Assembly (NCBI GenBank): GCA_030704615.1
Contig: CM060732.1
Coordinates: 27,404,001 to 27,468,000 of the forward strand
DNA: 64,000 nucleotides
From: Takakia lepidozioides
Lineage: Eukaryota; Plantae; Bryophyta
Direction: 5' to 3'
Shown here: piece by piece, positions 13,455 through 25,289 of the stretch
Position numbering within the stretch: the stretch's first letter is position 1
Layout of the letters: the number at the start of each line of letters is the position of its first letter
Position numbers and translations under genes: made by a program
The notes under the pieces: generated by a model
What the model was told of the DNA's origin: nothing
Database searches by the model: none
What the model saw: only the letters and a program-made list of their open reading frames with translations

Positions 13455-14960
13455 CTGCCAGAGAACATCTCCCGGATGGAAATTCGGTGCCGTTTTCCCA
13501 TCCGAGGCCGTTCGCATGAACTCGTCTCGCGGGAGAGGCCGACACGTGGCCGACATAGATCATCCCCTGGATGGAAAAACGGCGCCAAATTCCATCCGAG
13601 GCCGGTCGGATGGGGGAGAGGCCGACACCTAGCCGAGAGAGAACATCCCCCGGATGAAAAAACGGCGCCGAATTTCCATCCGGGGCCGGTCGGATGAAGT
13701 CGTCTCGCGGGGAGAGGCCGACACCTTGCCGACACAGAACATCCCCGTATGGAAAAACGGCGCTGAATTTCCATCCGGGACCAGTCAGATGAAGTCGTCT
13801 TGCGGGAGAGGCCGACACCTAGTCGACAGAGATCATCCTCCGGATAGAAAAACGGCGCCGAATTTCCATCCAGGGCCGGTCGGATGAAGTCGTCTCGCGG
13901 GGAGAGGCCGACACCTGGCCGATAGAGATCATCCTCCGGATGGAAAAACGGCGCCGAATTTCCATCCGGGGCCGGTCGGATGAAGTCGTCTTGCGGGGAG
14001 AGGCCGACACCTGGCCGACAGAGAATATCCCCGGATGGAAAAACGGCGCCAAATTTCCATCCGAGGGCCCCCTTCATGAACAATTTTCAGTCGTTGCATC
14101 AAGTTTTCGCGTTTTTGGGTCTAATCACACACTAAACTTAGAGTTTTTGGCCTGCATGCCACTTTTTGGCACGTTATTCCCACCATTGTCGTCTGCTAGA
14201 GACAAATTCAGTGTCGATTTTCCATCCGGCCGCCCTCCCGCTTACCTCCTAGATGGAAATTCGTCGCCGGTTTTCCATCCGGCCACGCTCCCGCTTACCT
14301 GCTGGATGGAAATTCGGCGACGGTTTTCCATCCTGCAGCGCTCCGGTTTACTTGCAGGATGGAAATTTGGCGCCGTTTTTCCATCCGTCCGCGCTTTCGC
14401 TTACCTGTAGGATGGAAATTCCGCGCCGGTTTTCCATCCGGGGATGTTCTCTGTCGGCCAGGTGTCGGCCTCTCCCCCCGAGACGACTTCACCGACGGGC
14501 CGCGGATGGAAATTTGGCGTCGTTTTTCCATCCGGGGGATGTTCTCTGTCGGCCAGGTGTCGGCCTCTCCCCCCGAGACGACTTCATCCGACGGGCCGCG
14601 GATGGAAATTTGGCGCCGTTTTTCCATCCGGGGGATGTTCTCTCTCGGCCAGGTGTCGGCCTCTCCCCCCGAGACGACTTCATCCGACGGCCCTCGGATG
14701 GAAATTCGGCGCCGTTTTTCCATCCGGGGGATATTCTCTCTTGGCCAGATGTCGGCCTCTCCCCCCGAGACGACTTCATCCGAACGGCCTCGGATGGAAA
14801 TTCGGCGCCGGTATTCCATCCTGCAGCGCTCCTGTTTACCTGCAGGATGGAAATTCGTCGCTGATTTTCCATCCGGCGGCTCCTGGATAGGCGGAGGGAG
14901 GGCCACGTTGCATCCTACTTCATCCGCTGGATAGAAATTCGGCGTCATTTTTTCCATCCA
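13455..14960. repeat. Two oppositely oriented arrays of a ~93 bp unit around a ~140 bp spacer (copy A)
   Basis: The unit contains GGATGGAAAAACGGCGCCGAATTTCCATCC. About 6 units lie at 13455-14065, then the spacer 14066-14205, then reverse-complement units at 14206-14960. Confidence 0.92.
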
Positions 14961-15990
14961 GTGGGCGAATAATAAATTCTCGGGGGGAGGATGGACCAGG
15001 TGGGGCCTGTGGCCGACCTCCATACCTCTGACATTGAAGGGCGCAGTTGCGCATTAAATGTCCTCCGCCGCCAGTTTTGAACCGGATGTTCCGCACGGAT
15101 TCCGCCCTTGCTTCCCGGATACGCCAACCCTAAACCCTGATGTGACGGGTGGATGAAGTTCCACTCGAGGCCTGTACGCACGCATTCTGCGGGTGATTTT
15201 TTCTTTTACAGGGACTTATGCCGCGTGGAAAAGGGCGTGGCTCTCCTGAGATAAACCCCACATCCAGATCGCGGCGCAAATTGAAGCCTTTGTACTACGG
15301 GCGCCGTCCAACATCTCGCATGGCCAAACTGAAGCTCCAGCAGGAGATCCCCTTGTCTTGCTCACAGCCCGTGCCAACTGAAGCCAAGCACTCTCAGGCA
15401 AGCCCCTTCCTCTTTTGCGTTGTGTAACATGTGCGGTCTTCTTCACTTTGTTTTGGCTAAGAAGATTGTTTGGGCAGATGAAGTGGCTTCAAAATATTTC
15501 ACCCTGTTTTCCCCTCTTATCGAAATCGTCCTTAAATTTTCATGCTGATTTCTGCAAGTTACTGGTTGAGTGAACCATTGATAGTTTGCAATGCGTGTGC
15601 AAAGCCGGCAGCTCTGGAGAAGGCTGCTTCTGCATGTGATTGTTAGGCATTGCTTGGGTTTGTTTTCATTGGTGTTCCACGATTGTTGCGATGGTGGTTG
15701 CGATGGTGGTTCTCACAATTGTTGGGGATGACAGAGTGAAGACGAGCGCGACACACTGGTGGTATCATCGATAGCTCCAATTGCTCGAGCAGTCACTCCA
15801 AAAGCCGCTAGTCATCAATCGCAGTCGGAGAGTCGTTGGCAGCAATCGTCGGAGCTGGTGCTTCGCATGTTTGGATCGCCCAACTTGAGGCGGAGAGGGC
15901 AAGCAAAATCTTGCTCCTTTAGTTGGTGGACGGGAGGACCTGCAGCGAGAGTACGCCAGAATAGGCTTTCGGGAGGTTGGTGCAGGCGGC

Positions 15991-18900
15991 ATGGCAGGTG
16001 AAGGGTGTCGGATGAGGACAGTAGATCCGGCAAAGGAGGAAGCTGATGCACATGCAGTAGGGCCCGCCCATGCAAAGAAGAAGAAGAAAGCCAAGCACAA
16101 GCAATCCCCGGCGAGAGAGCCGTCACAGGCTGCGGAGGGGGGAGTGAGCAGGGCGCGTGAGGGTGTCAGTTCGCCTCAATCAAAGGTGGTCGTCCCCGAG
16201 GCCTCTCCTGCTGCTACCCCTAGTAAGAAACAGAAGGCCCGTGAGAGGGCAAAAGAGAGAGCAAAAGAACAAGCGAGACAGAAGGCTAGCCAGGAGGCAA
16301 GAGAAAAGGCCACTTAAGAGGCCAGGGGTGTCAAAATGACAGATGCCCATGTAAGCGAGGGACGCACAGAGACGGTGGAGCCCTCCAGCACACCAGAAAT
16401 AGGCAGTAACACACCGGCTGCATCCTTACCGGTTACACCATCGCGGGTGGGAGCAGCCCCCGCAATTACCCATATGGTGGAGACTGGAGGAGGGGAAAGA
16501 ACACCACAAAGAGCACGGATTGTGGGATTTCGAGGTGAAGCCGGGGAGAGGGCAGTAGAGACGGGAAGAGTGCTCGCGATGCTTCTGCCGGCGGTTGACC
16601 ATGTTGAGGACGACGAGGGGGAGCTTTCTGACCAGGATGACATCCTCTCGGACATCCCCAGGCCCCAAACCCGGAGCATACAGGCTGGATTTGGCGGTCC
16701 TGGTGGGCTGCCGGAGAACCCCTCTCCAGCAGACGTCATGTCGGAGGCGGATATGAAGTTGGCCGCTGCCAAGATGTTGGAGGCAACCCACAACAACATT
16801 GGCAGGGTCCTGGGGGGCATGGTGTACCCGGCCAAGCTTCGGATTCCCCTTTGCTGCTTGGTGTCATTGTAGGTGGTAAGACCTGCCCTCCCAGGCGATA
16901 TCGACAAACTGAAATTCTCTTTTCGGGAGGGATATCGAATGGGGTCTGCCGCGTTTTACGTTTCCATTGAGAACGACCACAGAGCTTCTCGTGCCCATAC
17001 TTCCGATGAGGTGGACAAATGGGGTCCCCATTGGCAAAGGCGAAATGAGGAGTTCGAGAGATTGATTGCTACTGATCGTCTTTTCCAGCACTTGTCCGGA
17101 AAGATGTTTTACGTGTGGGACGGCAATCATCGCCTCCTGGCATGGATGGAGTACATAGCCCAAGCCCTCCCCAACGACCTGGATTGACACTTCGCAGTGG
17201 AGTGTGTTGTGCTGAAGGTTGCGGGACCCAAAGATCACAGTCTTCTCAAAGCTGCAATGGCAGACATCAACTCGTAAGTTACAATGCCTCTTGCTTTGGA
17301 ACTTTGAATTTGAAACAGTCATTTCATTGCCAATCGTCATATTTATTGCAAATTCTCACTTCAGTATTTTTTAATGGAAATGTGGCATTGCAGGGTGACT
17401 GAGAATGCCTTCATTGCCACCATCTTGTCCCATATGCTCTTCCGAGTGAAGGATGTTGGGAAGCAGGGGGTGCAAGAGTTTGCCAATTCGCTCATTGTCG
17501 ACCTCCTGCGCAAGTCGGAGGCAAAGGCAGACAGAACCTGGTATAGGCTGAGCATAGACGCCATGGTGGACTACATATTTCGGGTAAAGCTCCTAACTGT
17601 TTTGTTCAACTAATCTATCTCTCCTCCCACAATAGAAGAAAAAGTGTTGAACAGGATTTCTAATCTTATGTGCGCATTTTTTACAAACAAAAATTCAGCA
17701 GGATTTGGCACACGCGCAGAGGTTCTACATGGAGTCAGAGGAGAAGAAACTAACCCTCCTGGCACTGGAATCGTATCTCAAAGCTGCGGAGGCGAAGGCC
17801 CGCATAAAGTACAAGTCGCGGATGGTAAAGTACGTGGCCATAGCTGATCCCGCCCTTGGTGCCGACTTTCTGGTGGAGGTGGGGAAGCACTACTCCCGAG
17901 CTCTGAAGCCCACGATGACATTGGAGAAGCTGCATCGTCTAGCCACATCTTGTGTGGATGCAATAGAAAAGGTGATACATTCTTAACCAAATTGTCGTGG
18001 CAACAATTCGTTTTTGTGGTGTTTGGCCCTTACTAATATGCTGGGTGGTTGGACAGACTCGGTGGCTCCAAATCTGGAATGGTTCCCGAAGTACAAGGGA
18101 CATGTGAAGCTTCCCCAAACCCGACAAATTGTTTGACCCCACATTCGACATGTGGATGAACCGCATGACATGGTAGTTTCAGGTACTTTCCCAGGCTTCA
18201 TTTGCCGGTTCTACGCTTGTACCGGGTGGATTTACCGTATTTTTTGAGGAAAACGGTCTGATGGAGAATTTCCACAGGTGACGACGAATGCGCAAGTGCA
18301 GCTTGACACATAAGCACATCAGTTCAAGCTGGAGATTTCTGGTGAAGCAGAGAGCCTACACGACTATCTGACGAGGTACTTTCTACTCTACAAAACCGAC
18401 CTATTCTTTCGAGAGATACCCCATGCCCGCCGGAGCCATGAGTTCACCGACCAGCCAAACATGGCCAAAGCGGCAATGCGCCTTCTCTACAGGTACATAC
18501 GCGATGCATGTCTTTTTAGTCCCTACATTTCCAGGATGTAAGAGGCCTTATGTGGCGCATGAAAATTAGGTGAAGTCCTTGGAAAAATGGCGCCGATTCG
18601 GGCCATGGGGGATGGTTGTCCAGGGGGTGGCTGGCACTCAGTCTGGAAATTCGGCGCCATTTTTCTAGTTCAAGGCCCAGTTAGTTCTGGGACTTAGCCA
18701 TTTTCGGCTCCAACCTGGGAAAATGGCGCCGAATTTCCAGTTCAAGGCCCCGAAAATGGTGAAGTCCCTAGGGTGGCTGGCACCGAAACCGGAAATTCAG
18801 TGCCATTTTTCCAGTTCCGGGCCCAGTCAGTTATGGGACTTAGCCATTTTTGGCCCCAACCTGGGAAAATGGCGCCGAATTTCCAGTTCAGGGCCCGAAA

Positions 18901-19740
18901 ATGGGTAAGTCCCTAGGGTGGCTGGCACCGAAACCGGAAATTCGGCGCCATTTTTCCAGTTCTAGGCCCAGTCAGTTCTGGGACTTAGCCATTTTTGGCC
19001 CCAACCTGGGAAAATGGCGCCGAATTTCCAGTTCAGGCCTCAAAAATGGGTAAGTCCCTTGGGTGGTTGGCACTGAAACTGGAAATTCGGCGCCGTTTTT
19101 CCACGCCATGTCGGAAAATGGCTAAGCTTCAGAACTGACTGGGCCCGGAACTGGAAAAATTGCGCCGAAATTCCACTTTCATTGCAGGACACCCCGGAGA
19201 GCTGGGACCACTGGGCCCACCCCGCATAGAAATTCGGCGTGTATTTTGCAGTTTCATTCCCTAAAACTTACCCCGTTCCGGGGACCTCATTCTGAGTGTG
19301 TTTCTTGAATGCAGGTACTGCAAGTTCTCCCTTTTGGAGAAAGGTCATATGTCCTTCGAGCCACCATTCTTCCTGGCATAGAGGAACCCTGGGGCTGACT
19401 CCATGTACATTGACGTAATCGTGAAGGAGTGGCATCTGGAACATTTGCGCAACTGCCCTTGGTATGTGGACCTTCCGTCCGACTCGCTCAACTCATCCGA
19501 GTTTCAATTGAAGCTGGATGCGGAGGCCCGACGAAACCGGGCTCCACTGCCTCCGCTGGGTCCAAAGGAGGCAAAAGCGCTTGCTAAGTCCATGAAAGCG
19601 GCAGAGCTTGCTCGGGCAGGTATTCAGGAGAATTGAATGAGAAGAATAAATGACAAAAGAAAAGGACATGGAAACAGGGAAGTACAGTAACCCCCAAAAA
19701 ACAAAAAACCACCGGGGCACCAGAGGAGGCGCAGGAGGGG
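15991..19740 (+). pseudogene. Second MULE gene, multi-exon, with ParB/Srx-like motif; in-frame stops
   Basis: A Lys/Ala/Glu-rich N-terminus is followed by VRPALPGDIDKLKFSFREGY...AFYVSI...KMFYVWDGNHRLLAW (16873-17187). Later exons are bounded by GT-AG, e.g. intron 18493-19314. Confidence 0.65.
18580..19245. repeat. Intronic ~145 bp tandem repeat (~3.5 units plus an inverted partial unit)
   Basis: GACTTAGCCATTTT recurs at 18691, 18837 and 18982. Each unit has GGAAAATGGCGCCGAATTTCC-type sites in both orientations. Confidence 0.9.
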
Positions 19741-19788
19741 CCCCAAGGGAGTGACTCTGACAACGACTTTGTTCAAGGTCCTCACAAA

Positions 19789-19816
19789 TTTAGGGTTTAG
19801 GGTTTAGGGTTTAGGG
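19789..19816 (+). repeat. Interstitial plant telomeric repeat (TTTAGGG)4
   Basis: Read directly; forms the 3' end of a minus-strand PLE-related element. Confidence 0.97.
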
Positions 19817-20317
19817 TTCACATAAAGTGTCAAAACAAGTGTAGCAGTACAACGCGGATGCACTGGGTGCAAGATAAACACAATCCGGGCAAGAAAGTTC
19901 TAGGGGGTCCAGTTACGCACCCCTGGAAAAATTTCAGATCCTGTGAATCAAACCTGAAAGGAGAGATCCTGAGAGACAGGAAACTAGAATAGAAGTATGC
20001 GAGGTGTCTTGAAATGCAACTCCAAACCTATGCAAGAGGCAAATGTGCGTATGAGAACTATTTCACTGGATGCACAGGAGAATAGAACCTTATCTCTGTT
20101 TTGTAAGAGAATGGACACACTAGGAACAACTTAGATGCATATCTCACATGCGCTACTTGAGATGGAGTTTTTGGCATGCACTATCGTATAGACACAGAGC
20201 ACATAACAATGCAATGATCTAAAGCAGGGGATACAAACGCATCTAAAACTCGACAACTTCAAATGGTGAGACCACGAGGCGAGATCATGGAAAGTAGTGA
20301 AGCCAAATCTTTCTAAA

Positions 20318-20359
20318 CCCCAGACTAGTTTCGCTCAGCACGTGAGCTCATCATTGGGA
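20318..20359 (-). ncRNA. Hammerhead ribozyme with core substitution (ATGATGA)
   Basis: tccca-aTGATGA-gctca(cgtgc)tgagc-GAAA-ctaGTC-tgggg. Confidence 0.75.
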
Positions 20360-22589
20360 AAGAAAAGGAATGAGATACAAACCCCACCCCCCACTTATAT
20401 ACTACTAGGAGTGAACTGCCTCGTATAGACAATCTTCCAGTGGATGTCTTTGAGGAGAAAAACCATCCAACAGATGTCTCGTACGGTGAAAATCGTCCAA
20501 AAAGTATCGGTGGGAGAAAGTCATCCAGTGGATGAAAACAAGTTCTCGACAAGAGAGAACCAGATCCAAATAATAAAAATCATCCAAATAGTCAATTGCA
20601 TATCTCTCAAATACAACTAACTCCGTGAGTTTATGACTATGCAACAATGGCCGAAACCACTTCGAAAGGAACGCAAAACTTGTAAGAGCTTTGCACACGC
20701 AAACCATCGCGCAACCATCGTATTGCTAAAGCCTGCAGCTGTGTTATCCTAAACGTGTCCAACCATGATCCCCACCTTCCGACCTCCAAGAAGAAACACA
20801 ACTCAGTCTTCGTATTGTTGCCTCATCAAATGAATGAGCAGCTTGGTCAAAAGAATGAAGATCAACATCTGCCTCCATTACGTAAAGGCGAAAAAGATGT
20901 GTTGCAGCTAACACTATAAGAAAGTTTAGGGTTCACATAAAGTGTCAAAACAAGTGTAGGAGTACAACGCGGATGCACCGGGTGCAAGATAAACACAATC
21001 CGGGCAAACAAGTTTTAGGGGGGCCAGTTATGCATCCCTGGCAAAGTTTCAGATCCTGTGAATCAAACTCGAAAAGAGAGATCCTGAGAGACAGGAAACT
21101 AGAATAGAAGTATGTGAGGTGTCCTGAAATGCAACTGCAAACCTATGCAAGAGGTAAATGTGCGTAGGAGAACTATTTCACAAGATGCACAGGAGAATAG
21201 AACCCTATAAACAGAACTTGGAGTCTAAGCAAGAGGTAGACTTCCCATTTCACATCTGAGTTGGATGTGTCTGAGTCAAGCTACCTTCCCTTAAAGCAAT
21301 GTGCACAGAGACTAGTTCAGGCGTCCAAAATCTTCTTGCATGAGGGGGGTGTCTCATGAAACACAATCTGAATTATGCTCTTGGACAATGTTGGGTGTAT
21401 AGCAGGGGCCAGCCTTGAGACGATGTGTGCAGGAGATTGTGTTTTCCTATACTTACCCCAGACTGGACTTGGAGATATATTCTTAAGGGCTGTTAGTATT
21501 AACAAAAGAACACTCCAGTGTGCTTTCATCTTATATCCTGGCTCCCGGTGTAATGTACAGGCCCCAATTTTGAATTGCTAAAATGAACAAATGATGGACT
21601 ACCTTTGAACACATGAGTTTTTTTCAATCAGAATGCATATTTTTTCATGGTAGTAGAAACTCCCAAGTGTGTAAGGAGGTTGGAATTGCGGCGTTGGCTT
21701 TGCTCTTCCAAGTGACAAAGCACATGAATCACTTGCTTAAGGTGCCCTTTTGTGTGCATCCAAAAACTGGTAAAACTAAAACATAAGAGTACGTGTATGC
21801 AACAACATGGCTCTCCCATGTACATGCACAGCCTGCAGTCAGCTTGCTATCGTTTTCACAAAGAATTGAATTACTAGACAATTGCCTAAGAAGTACTATA
21901 GAGACGGGCATGGTTAATATTAGCAGAGGAATAATAACCAAAGCAGATATTGTGATGCACTTTGTGAACCTGATGCAATAATTTGGCACTGCGCAATAAC
22001 TCACAACCTCCCCCATCCTGTTTCGGTTGAAGGTTTAGGGAGGGATTAGGGTTACAAGGGTATCATATCGGGTTTCGATTTTTTTGGGGGGGATTTTGAT
22101 TGGACCCCCCCCCCCCCCCCCCCCCCCCCCCGGCCCCCATTTTTTATGATTGCGAATCCAATGGTGTAGTCGGAATCCGATACAGAGATATGGGCATGCG
22201 AAGTTCGGGTTTAGGGTTGACTTGGAAACCTTGATTTTTGCAATTGAATTTTTTGGGGGTTTTGAATTTTAGCACACTATAGAAGTCGGAAGTAGAATTC
22301 CAAAATGGTATCACACGCGTCGATCGGGCACCATATGGCTTCGATATCGATGGATGAAGGTACATTGGATGCATCTTCATCTATGGATATCTCATCCGTA
22401 CTGTGTCGAGTGAAGGCATACAATACCATGTTTAGGGTTGTCAACAAAGGCTTGCAAAGGTAACAAAAAGTAGAAATAATACTGGAAAAAGACAAAGTAC
22501 ATTTTAAAGGGGCCCGGTTCGGACCCAAATACAAATGCAATGGAAACCAAGACATGTAAAATCATTATTGTTAAATTGGTGCAACCTCC

Positions 22590-23130
22590 AAATGGTGGTG
22601 GTCGCAGAATTTATCTTATTTTTTAATAGTTGCGACCACCAGCAGAAAGGTTGTCGCAGCATTTTTGTTTTTTAAAAATAAATGCGACCACCAGCAGGGG
22701 TGGTCGCATTTTTTTTTTCCCTTAAAAAGTTGCGACCACCTCTACTGGTGGTCGCACAATTTTTATTTTATTTGTAATAGGTGCGACCACCATCAAAAGG
22801 GGTGGTCGCAGCATTTTTCAGTTTTTCTTAATAGGTGCGACCACCAGCAGAAGGGTGGTCGCAACAAAAAAAAAATTTAAAAAAAAAATCTTTGTGATCA
22901 CGAGCATGAGGGTGGTCGCAGCATTTTATTTTTTTTAATATGTGCGACCACCAGTAGGAGGGTGGTCACAGCATTTTTCTGTTTTTTAATATGTGCAACC
23001 ACCAGCAGGGGGGTGGTCGCAGCATTTTTTTGTTTTTTAATATCTGTGACCACCAGCATGAGGGTGGTCGCAGCAGTTTAAAAAAAAAATAACATGCGAC
23101 TTCCTCGTGCGACCTGGAGCGGTCGCAATA
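22590..23130. repeat. Subterminal palindromic repeats of the hAT element
   Basis: About 10 copies of TGCGACCACC-N(5-9)-GGTGGTCGCA separated by A/T tracts. Confidence 0.85.
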
Positions 23131-23493
23131 TTGGATTCCGATTCGTTGAGCGTGTGAGGCTTGGAGTCTGGAGGGTATATAAGGTGGTCCCAATGCCCCT
23201 CACTTCTTTTGTGGCAAACATTTTTGTGGCGAGTGAATGTTCTATATACCTTGAGCAAGAGTGTAAGCCCAAGAGGAGGGTGCGGACCGTTTGCTGTTGT
23301 AGCTTCCACCAGAGCCACTGCAGCAAATTGTCGAAAAACACAATATTACATGGTGCATTGATCCACTTGGATTGATGCCGTAGTGTTGGGTCATCGCATT
23401 ATGTTCTAACTTCTATTGCTCTTGACAAATCTACCAAGTACACTAGTGTTCTTCGTTCAACCTTAAGTCTGTGGTTAGGGTTTTGGGTGTGAG

Positions 23494-24583
23494 GATGAGG
23501 GAGGAGTGGATCCCTTGGTTCACCGTAGACCCACACAAAAAGGACGGTGTTCAATGCAATCTTTGTGCATTGAAGCTGCCGGGTCGTAAAGATCACATGT
23601 TATATCACCTCGGCTACAAAGATGGGAAGAATGCAGGGGTTAGTTTGTGCCTAAAAGCTTCCATGCGAGTGAAAACCCATTTTGCCTTATGTGGAGGCAA
23701 TATCTCACTGTCACTTGATGTGGCTGCGGCTTCTGAGCCAAACACTCCAGGTTCGAATCAAAATGTCCCAGAGTTGTACCCAGGGGGATTCTTGCGAGGC
23801 GTCTGTTGTTCATGGAGAAGCCGATGGGTCAGGAGCAACACCCGATTGGACGCCAACACTTGTATAGACCAGACCATTGAGGCAACAATCAATGCAAGAA
23901 GGCTTAAATTTGTCGCACATGAGGACTCTGGATAAGAAGTGGGCCCAATTTTTCTACGAGGCCAATATTCCGTTCAATGTCTCGTGGCTTCATGCGTTTA
24001 TGGCTATTGTCAAAGCCACGTCCGATTCCAAGTCCACATACACCCCTCCGAGTTATCGCGATCTCCGCACAGGATTGCTAGAAGATGCTATGTCTGACCT
24101 TACCCAAAGAATGAATGAAAAGACAAGTGATTCTCTCTGGAAATATGGAAGCACTATATATGCGGACGATTGGAGTTCTGTTACTAATCGACCACTGTTC
24201 AATGTCATGCTGGTCTGTCCTGCGGGGGAACAATTTTTGGGATCCGTTGACACAAGCGGGGAGAGAAAAGATGCACGTTATTAAGCAGGGTTGTTGACGA
24301 GTTTCATCGATAAAATTGGAGCTGATAAAATTGTCCAAGTGTGCACGGACAATGCATCTAATATGGTTAATATGGCCGATATTTTGACGGTACAATATCC
24401 CCATCTATATTACCAAGGGTGTGCTGCTCATATCTTTGATCTCCTTTTGGAGGATTGGGGAAAAGAATCATGGATGAAACAACTAGTAAAAAGGGCAAAG
24501 TCGGTATAAACGACGTTCATTCATACACATCAAATCCCTCTAGCATTGTTTAGAAAGCATGAACCCAAATATAGCCCTAGGAA
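23494..24583 (+). pseudogene. hAT transposase 5' part (BED finger + DUF659-like region), interrupted by MULE B
   Basis: Motifs VQCNLC...HMLYHL, WAQFFYEANIPFNV, ADDWSSVTNRPLFNVML, VQVCTDNASNM and GCAAHIFDLLLEDWG, with stops and frameshifts. Confidence 0.88.
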
Positions 24584-25289
24584 GAGGTTAGTTATTTCAT
24601 GAGCATGAGTGGCATGAGCGGAGTAGCAAGACAATCCGTTTTCATGAGCAGAAGTACAAATTCTGGAAATAAAAAATATTAAAAATATTATTTTAATGGA
24701 ATGTGTAAAAAAAAACCAATATATCACTCATTGTTTGAAGGGAAAATTGTAGTTTTGATAGCCATGCTCGTGATATTTTGTCTTCCGCTCATGCGAATTC
24801 CGAGCGACATCTGCAAAAATGGCGCCGAATTTTGCGGTAATAGGTTCTGCAACCGGAGAAATCTGCGACGTATTTTGCGGTAATACGTGTCTCCGGCGAA
24901 AAATGGTGCCGAATTTCATGGCTATAGGTCTCAACATCGCAAGTGTGTAAGCCCAAAATTTGGAAATGTGGTGCCAAATTTTGATACATGCTGCCGGGGA
25001 TTGCACAGATGTTGGGCAATTCTGGGCCATGTAACTGAAAATTCAGCGTCATTTTTCCAGACATCGTTCCCGTGCATGTTGGGACTTAGCCAGTTTTCGG
25101 CCCAAAATAGGGATATTCAGAGCCATTTTTTCAGAAATGGCCCCACAACTGCTACTGTTGGAACTTAGTTTGAATGGAATATTGCCTCATTCCAGGAGTT
25201 TTGGGGTGCATTTCATTACACTACAAAACAAAGTCTGATGCATCAAAATGCAATTGAAAATATCCATATGGTGGATTCCCTTTGCCCCA

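Larger units (their letters stand above)
8822..19788. mobile_element. MULE DNA transposon copy A (left TIR present, right end lost)
   Basis: Starts GAGGTTAGCTATTTCATGAGC, as do copies B and C. Contains the transposase on minus, repeat arrays and a second gene on plus, and ends at (TTTAGGG)4. Confidence 0.85.
19789..21208 (-). mobile_element. Non-autonomous PLE-related element, ~1.1 kb unit plus a partial second unit
   Basis: No credible ORF. It has a TATA box, a hammerhead and a 3' ~120 nt shared with the coding PLE. 20925-21208 repeats 19810-20090, and the region is homologous to 57105-58497. Confidence 0.82.

Noticed and set aside
13317-15023. Many 100-250 aa ORFs over the arrays (also 30137-33921)
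   Set aside because: They are open in several frames on both strands because of the GC-rich tandem unit, with no evidence of coding.
22105-22131. Poly-C tract and the (TA)n at ~42740-42772
   Set aside because: Simple sequence with no further signal.
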